DNA of 64,000 bases from Bacteroidia bacterium (lineage in GTDB: Bacteria > Bacteroidota > Bacteroidia > CAIKAF01). The position numbers and the translations under genes were made by a program. Positions 58,606-64,000 of the stretch are shown piece by piece; position 1 is the stretch's first letter, and every line of letters starts with the position of its first letter. The notes under the pieces are model-generated. The model was not told the origin of the DNA. It saw nothing but the letters and a program-made list of their open reading frames with translations, and did not search any database. The stretch covers positions 3,335 through 67,334 of the forward strand of contig JACVCJ010000005.1 of NCBI GenBank assembly GCA_016742095.1, read 5' to 3'.

Positions 58606-60447
58606 TTATTCTACAGTTACGGATTTTGCCAGGTTGCGGGGCTGGTCTACGTTACAACCGCGCATTACAGCTATGTGGTAGGCCAGGAACTGCAGGGGAA
58701 CGGTGGTGACCATGGGCGAGAACTCTTCGCAGGTCTCCGGCACCTCGATCACGTGATCGGCCATTTTCCGTACTTCGGTATCGCCTTTGTTCACCACGGC
58801 AATAATATGTCCCTTGCGGGCTTTCACTTCCTGTATATTGCTGAGGATCTTTTCGTAATGGCCGCGTTTGGTGGCCACGATCACTACCGGCATGTTCTCG
58901 TCGATGAGGGCGATGGGACCGTGTTTCATTTCGGCCGCCGGGTATCCTTCGGCGTGAATGTAGGAGATCTCTTTCAGTTTCAGGGCTCCTTCCAGCGCCA
59001 CGGGGAAGTTGAAACCGCGTCCGAGGTACAGGCAGTTGGGCGCGTCTTTGTACTCTTCCGCGATCATTTTCACCAGGCTGTCGGTCTGCAGGGCTTCGGC
59101 CACCTGGTTGGGGATCTCGTTCAGTTCGTTGATCAGGCGGAAGTATTCCGATTCCTGCAGTACGCCTTTTTTACGTCCGAGGAACAGGGAAATAAGCGCC
59201 AGTACCGAAACCTGTGCCGTAAAGGCCTTGGTAGAGGCCACCCCGATCTCCGGACCGGCATGCGTATAGGCCCCGGCATGCGAGGTGCGTGCAATGGAAG
59301 AGCCTACCACGTTACAGATACCGAAAATGGTAGCGCCTTTTTCCTTGGCCAGCTGAATGGCCGCCAGGGTATCGGCGGTCTCACCCGATTGCGAAATGGC
59401 AATAACGATGTCGCGCTCGGTAATGATGGGGTTGCGGTAGCGGAACTCGGACGCGTATTCCACCTCCACGGGGATGCGCGCCAGTTCTTCGATCATGTAT
59501 TCGCCCACCAGTCCGGCGTGCCAGCTGGTCCCGCAGGCCACAATGATGATGCGGTCGGCATTGAGCAGTTTGTGTTCATATTCGATGAGCCCGGCCATGC
59601 TGATGCGCCCGGTCTCTGTATCCAGGCGGCCGCGCAGGCTGTCGGTAATGGAACGGGGCTGTTCGTGGATCTCCTTGATCATAAAGTGCGGGTAACCGCC
59701 TTTTTCGATCTCTTCGAGGTCCATTTCCAGCTGTTGCAGGAAGGGAGTGACCTCGTTGTTGCGGATGGTTTTCAGGCGAACGTCCTTACCGCGCTCCAGG
59801 ATGGCGATCTGCTCATCCTCGAGGTAGATCACATCTTTGGTATATTCAACGATGGGTGCTCCGTCCGAGGCCAGGAAAAACTCGCCGTTACCCACGCCGA
59901 TCACCAGCGGACTGCCTTTTTTGGCAGCGATGATACGGTCGGGATCGTCTTTTTTAAGTACGGCAATGGCGTAGGCTCCTACCACCTCGTTCAGGGCCAG
60001 GCGTACGGCTTCGGCCAGGTCTACTTTCTGGTGTTCCAGTATGTATTCGATCAGGTTGCCCAGTACTTCGGTATCGGTATCGCTGCGGAAGTGCATGCCG
60101 CGTTTTTCCAGTCCTTCTTTCAGGGTGGCGTAGTTCTCGATGATCCCGTTGTGAATGATCACCAGGCTTTCCGAATCGGAATAGTGCGGGTGAGCATTCT
60201 TGTCGTCGGGTACCCCGTGGGTTGCCCAGCGCGTATGGCCGATGCCCAGGGTCCCGCTCATATCTTTGTCTTTGGTAAGGTTTTCCAGTTCACTTACTTT
60301 CCCCTTACGCTTATAGAGGTTAAGTCCGTTTTCATTGATGAGTGCTACCCCGGCGCTGTCGTAGCCGCGGTATTCCAGGCGTTTTAATCCTTTTATCAGG
60401 ATAGGGAAGGCCTGTTTATCCCCGATATAACCAACTATTCCACACAT
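58606..60447 (-). CDS. glmS: Glutamine--fructose-6-phosphate aminotransferase (isomerizing).
   Basis: It starts MCGIVGY with the N-terminal nucleophile Cys2. Two SIS domains follow and the protein ends ...SVTVE; it is 613 aa. Confidence 0.9.
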   Translation of the reverse strand: MCGIVGYIGDKQAFPILIKGLKRLEYRGYDSAGVALINENGLNLYKRKGKVSELENLTKDKDMSGTLGIGHTRWATHGVPDDKNAHPHYSDSESLVIIHNGIIENYATLKEGLEKRGMHFRSDTDTEVLGNLIEYILEHQKVDLAEAVRLALNEVVGAYAIAVLKKDDPDRIIAAKKGSPLVIGVGNGEFFLASDGAPIVEYTKDVIYLEDEQIAILERGKDVRLKTIRNNEVTPFLQQLEMDLEEIEKGGYPHFMIKEIHEQPRSITDSLRGRLDTETGRISMAGLIEYEHKLLNADRIIIVACGTSWHAGLVGEYMIEELARIPVEVEYASEFRYRNPIITERDIVIAISQSGETADTLAAIQLAKEKGATIFGICNVVGSSIARTSHAGAYTHAGPEIGVASTKAFTAQVSVLALISLFLGRKKGVLQESEYFRLINELNEIPNQVAEALQTDSLVKMIAEEYKDAPNCLYLGRGFNFPVALEGALKLKEISYIHAEGYPAAEMKHGPIALIDENMPVVIVATKRGHYEKILSNIQEVKARKGHIIAVVNKGDTEVRKMADHVIEVPETCEEFSPMVTTVPLQFLAYHIAVMRGCNVDQPRNLAKSVTVE

Positions 60448-60470
60448 GGTTCAAAAAAGATAATGCTAAA

Positions 60471-61775
60471 TTAGGGGACCTGCGAGTAATACAAACGCAG
60501 GCGTACTCGGTCGGGCTGACTTTTTGTGCCGTGCAGGACAATGCGTTCCATAAAGGTACCCGCGCCCTGCAGGCTCAGTATCAGCGTGTCGTTCGGGATA
60601 AGGCCGGCCGACACACGGTTCACGTGTCGTGTAATGTTAAATACATAACGGTCTTTATCCGCCTGGTAAACACCGTCGCTGCTGTTGCTGCCGTAATCGT
60701 CCAGGAACTGGAAAATACCGGAAGAGGCTTTTTTAACCAGCACGACCGCCGAGGGTTTCCGGAAGTTCCCGTTCAGGGACTCGTCCACAGGGAAGATCAG
60801 TTCGGCTTTGTTGATCATGGTCTTTTTATCGGGGTTGATGTTGTTGAGCCCCGGGATGTACAGTTTGATCATGGACCCTACACCGGGCTGCAGGAACAGG
60901 TTCTGTTCGCCCGCGGCATAACTGTTGAAGGCAGAGGCCATAGGCGTGCTGCCGTACACATGATTGAACGTATTTATGCGGTTGTTGCCGTCTTTGATGG
61001 AAGCTTCCCAGAGACTGGGCGTATTGCCGTTGCGGGTAAAATGTACCGTAATTTTGGAATACACCGCGGTGGGATTGAAGTACAGCAGGCAGCCCTTGTC
61101 GGGGGTGTTCTGCTGACTGGCCGTGAAATACAGTCCGTAAAAGTGGTCCTCGAAAAAGGTTTCGCTGGCCAGGGCATAGGGATTGGCCAGGAGCTTTTCG
61201 CCCAGGCTTTTGTTCAGGCGTATGCGGATCTGTGCGGGCAGGGTAGTGTCGCCCACCTGCAGCGGATCGAACTGTTGCGGGATGAATTTCAGGGAGCCCA
61301 GCGGTTTACCGTGGATAAAGCTGGCATCGGTATACGAAGAACCGGAAGGCAGTTTGCTTTCCACAGGATATACGAAAATTTCGGTCTGCCCCTTGTATTT
61401 GTTGGGATAACCGTAACCGATCTGGTTAGGATAATAGGCCAGGGAAACAAAAACGGAGTCTACTGAAGTAACGTTACCGATTCCGGCGCCGTAGTAGACA
61501 AAAGGACGGTAAGCGGCATAAAAACCGGCGGTGGTAATGCCCATTACAGGATCGTTGAAGCTGCCGAGTACGGCCCAGGTACGTTTATCGCCCCGTACAG
61601 AGTCGTTTACGGCCGTTTTAGCCAGGATGGTAAGGGTATCGGTGTAGTTCTCGTCCAGTCCGCCGCCCAGTCCGTCGAGGTCGTTGGGAAAACTCTCGTC
61701 AGGCTTTTTGCAGGAGCCTAAAAATAAAGCACTTAAGGTGCATATGCCGACGGCGATCTGGAGTATTTTGTTCAT
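60471..61775 (-). CDS. DUF4270-family lipoprotein.
   Basis: The lipobox signal is MNKILQIAVGICTLSALFLGSCKK. The position between glmS and glgA is a conserved Bacteroidota arrangement, as best I recall. Confidence 0.5.
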   Translation of the reverse strand: MNKILQIAVGICTLSALFLGSCKKPDESFPNDLDGLGGGLDENYTDTLTILAKTAVNDSVRGDKRTWAVLGSFNDPVMGITTAGFYAAYRPFVYYGAGIGNVTSVDSVFVSLAYYPNQIGYGYPNKYKGQTEIFVYPVESKLPSGSSYTDASFIHGKPLGSLKFIPQQFDPLQVGDTTLPAQIRIRLNKSLGEKLLANPYALASETFFEDHFYGLYFTASQQNTPDKGCLLYFNPTAVYSKITVHFTRNGNTPSLWEASIKDGNNRINTFNHVYGSTPMASAFNSYAAGEQNLFLQPGVGSMIKLYIPGLNNINPDKKTMINKAELIFPVDESLNGNFRKPSAVVLVKKASSGIFQFLDDYGSNSSDGVYQADKDRYVFNITRHVNRVSAGLIPNDTLILSLQGAGTFMERIVLHGTKSQPDRVRLRLYYSQVP

Positions 61776-61867
61776 GTTGCCTGAAACTCTCATAAAAAAG
61801 AATCTGCAAGATTACGCAATCCTGCAGACCTTAGCAATTAAAATGACCAATGCGGCAAACGCCGGCA

Positions 61868-62698
61868 TTAGCCTAATATTGTTTCTTCCTGTAAAATTTC
61901 CTGGTAGAACGCATGCAGGTCGTCCAGGTAATTATCGGTATACGAAGTTTCGAGCAGTTTGATGCCGCTGTCCTTGATGGCTTTGCTGATCTCTTTATCG
62001 AGGGTGAAATTGCCTTTTACGGCGGCGTCGGAGTATTTCAGGCCCGAAACGATCAGGTTGGCGTAGTTCGCTTTTTTGGCCAGTTCGCTCAGGTCTCCGT
62101 CGCTGAAGCCTTCCTGGGCTTTCTGAGCGAAGTCTTTCGGGAACATTTCGCTGAACTTGTCGTCTTCGTAGATACTGGTTACGATCTTGGAATTACTGAA
62201 GGTGGGGTCGTTCTTGTACAGGGTACGTACGTAAAAGGGGACCAGGGTGCTGAGCCAGCCGTGTACGTGGATCACATCGGGTACCCAGCCCAGTTTTTTC
62301 ACGGTTTCCAGTACGCCTTTGCAATAGAAGATGGCGCGTTCGTCGTTGTCCGGGAAAAAGTTGTCCGAATCGTCGCGGAACATGGTCTTCCGGCGGAAAA
62401 ACTCTTCGTTATCAATGAAATAGACCTGTATGCGGCCGGTAGGAATGGACGCTACTTTAATTACGAGGGGCTGGTCGGTGTCGTTTACGATAATGTTCAT
62501 TCCCGACAGGCGTATCACTTCGTGCAACTGATGCCTCCGTTCGTTGATCATCCCAAAGCGCGGCATAAAATTCCTGATTTCCCAACCTCTCTCCTGCATG
62601 CCCTGCGGCAGTTCCCTTGCCGTTCGCGCCATGAGCGTTTCGTCGGTCATATAGGGCATCATTTCATGGGTAATGTAGAGCACTCTTGCTTTCTCCAT
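61868..62698 (-). CDS. glgA: Glycogen/starch synthase-like protein (short Bacteroidota form).
   Basis: The 276-aa protein has the N-terminal GT-B half (RVLYITHEMMPY...VIHVHGWLSTLVP) typical of the truncated glgA of Bacteroidota. Confidence 0.6.
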   Translation of the reverse strand: MEKARVLYITHEMMPYMTDETLMARTARELPQGMQERGWEIRNFMPRFGMINERRHQLHEVIRLSGMNIIVNDTDQPLVIKVASIPTGRIQVYFIDNEEFFRRKTMFRDDSDNFFPDNDERAIFYCKGVLETVKKLGWVPDVIHVHGWLSTLVPFYVRTLYKNDPTFSNSKIVTSIYEDDKFSEMFPKDFAQKAQEGFSDGDLSELAKKANYANLIVSGLKYSDAAVKGNFTLDKEISKAIKDSGIKLLETSYTDNYLDDLHAFYQEILQEETILG

Positions 62699-62870
62699 AA
62701 ATACTAACGTGTGATTAAAGACGAATGTGGTTTCTTAAAGGTGTATGCTTGGTCTGTCGACATCAAGATCGTAATTCGAATAGATTGTTTCCGAATGCAA
62801 AATTAACAAAAAATATCCGTACTTTCAAAATTACCCCTTACTTTGCCCCTTTTAGCGAAGGGGAAAACGG

Positions 62871-63701
62871 ATGCGCATTTTTACACAAAAGGCTGATATT
62901 CTTAATTTTATTCTTGAAAAAAAGGCGTCTGCCACCATCGGGTTTGTGCCAACCATGGGTGCCTTGCACCACGGACACCGGGCATTGTTCGAGTTATGCC
63001 GGGCACAGAATGAGGTGGCCGTAGCCAGTATTTTTGTAAATCCCATGCAGTTCAACAATCCCGAGGATCTGCAAAAGTACCCGCGCACGCCGGAGGCCGA
63101 CCTGGCCATGCTGGAAGCCGCCGGTTTCGACGCCGTTTTTGTTCCCGATGCCGAAAAGCTGTTCGAAGGCGAAGACTTTCCCCAGCCCGACCTGGGCTCG
63201 CTCAACGATGTAATGGAAGGGAAGTTCCGCCCGGGCCATTTCGAAGGCGTATACAAAATTGTATGGCTGCTGTTCCGCTATGTGCAGCCGGACAAGGCCT
63301 ACTTCGGACAGAAGGACTACCAGCAGCTGGCCGTGATACGCCGTATGGTGCAGCAGGAGGACCTGCCCGTGGAGGTGATCGGCTGTCCTACCGTACGCGA
63401 GGCCGACGGACTGGCCATGAGCTCCCGCAATATGCGCCTCGATGCCGCAAGCCGCGAAAAAGCCGCGGCCGTTTCGCGTTACCTGCTTTCCCTGCAACGG
63501 CATTTTACACTGAGCGCCGCCGAAATGAAAGCCGCTTTTGAAGCACTTACCCGCTCCCTGGGTTTTGAACCCGAATACATCGAACTGGCCGATGCCGTCA
63601 CCCTGCAGCCCCTGGACCGCTTTAGCGGCGCTCCGGCAGTGATCTGTATGGCCTATTATGCAGGCCCGGTACGCCTCATCGATAACGTAACGCTAAATTG
63701 A
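62871..63701 (+). CDS. panC: Pantoate--beta-alanine ligase.
   Basis: The FVPTMGALHHGH (HIGH-like) motif and the later GHFEGV motif are present. The protein is 276 aa. Confidence 0.85.
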   Translation: MRIFTQKADILNFILEKKASATIGFVPTMGALHHGHRALFELCRAQNEVAVASIFVNPMQFNNPEDLQKYPRTPEADLAMLEAAGFDAVFVPDAEKLFEGEDFPQPDLGSLNDVMEGKFRPGHFEGVYKIVWLLFRYVQPDKAYFGQKDYQQLAVIRRMVQQEDLPVEVIGCPTVREADGLAMSSRNMRLDAASREKAAAVSRYLLSLQRHFTLSAAEMKAAFEALTRSLGFEPEYIELADAVTLQPLDRFSGAPAVICMAYYAGPVRLIDNVTLN

Positions 63702-63750
63702 TCGGCAGTTTTGGGATTGGTGCGCAATATCATTAATTTTGTAGCACTAT

Positions 63751-64000
63751 GGACTACACGCAGACTCGCACCGAGGGACGGGAGATCTTTTCTACGGACC
63801 GGAAGGCTTTACAAATAAACCTGGACAAGGTTTTTTACGGCTCTTTTGCCGAAATAGGCGCGGGACAGGATACAGCCGGCGTGTTCTTTAAGGCGGGAGG
63901 CGCTTCCCAGACCGTGGCCAAGACCATGAGCGCCTACGATATGAAGTTCTCCGACAGCATTTACGGCGCCGAAGAGCACGGCCGCTACGTTTCCGAAAGC
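63751..64000 (+). CDS. Hypothetical protein; the 3' end lies outside the window.
   Basis: The frame is open from the ATG at 63751 to the window edge. I did not recognise a family. Confidence 0.3.

Noticed and set aside
58675-60387. A 570-aa plus-strand ORF antisense to glmS.
   Set aside because: glmS is unambiguous (MCGIVGY start, SIS domains).
1-64000. A search for tRNA/rRNA genes, CRISPR arrays, IS elements, integrases and prophage structural genes.
   Set aside because: I saw no cloverleaf-compatible T-loop/anticodon-arm pattern in any intergenic gap. There are no regular short direct repeats with spacers. There are no transposase or integrase motifs such as DDE or R..H..R..Y. The AT-rich islets lack flanking direct repeats that I could detect.

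Overview
This is a 64 kb chromosomal window from a Bacteroidota-type genome, most likely Chitinophagia/Sphingobacteriia-like. I base that on signal-peptide lipoproteins, a protease with a type IX secretion system (T9SS) C-terminal sorting domain, a GH92 mannosidase, a fused ccoNO, and TAnnTTTG-type promoter motifs. GC is high overall, about 55% by eye. Coding is dense, mostly housekeeping, on both strands:

- **1–3 kb:** riboflavin synthase and AsnRS.
- **7.5–10.8 kb:** an RsbW-like ATPase, ybeY, DUF456 and mnmG.
- **18.6–22 kb:** fumC and an S9 peptidase.
- **26.3–34.1 kb:** plsC, AspRS, priA and rseP.
- **34.1–41.9 kb:** an ALDH7-like dehydrogenase, an M48 peptidase, hemW, a thioredoxin, a Tat-Rieske protein and rlmN.
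- **45.9–52 kb:** a complete cbb3 oxidase cluster (ccoS-ccoNO-ccoQ-ccoP-ccoG-ccoH plus a DsbD_2/TauE-like membrane protein), flanked by LuxR-type and Crp/Fnr-type regulators.
- **54.6–63.7 kb:** the GH92 mannosidase, then a radical-SAM/SPASM gene co-directional with glmS, DUF4270, glgA and panC.

I found no tRNA, rRNA, CRISPR array, transposase or integrase.

Accessory or odd spots:
- Three visibly AT-rich islets: an AAA/DUF4143 ATPase at 17.0–18.5 kb, a small-ORF plus SDH/ClpP-fold serine protease pair at 25.0–26.2 kb, and two small secreted proteins at 28.9–30.0 kb.
- A 1139-aa membrane-anchored protein with an extreme KE-rich coiled coil and a poly-Q tract.
- An NP-pentapeptide-repeat secreted protein.
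- Two loci where an in-frame TAG splits an otherwise continuous reading frame.
- A frameshifted SDR.
- A duplicated 16-bp CACGTG-centred near-palindrome immediately upstream of mnmG.
- An FNR-like TGAT-N4-ATCA box upstream of the cbb3 operon.

All product calls rest on motif and family recognition from the translations. I ran no database searches.
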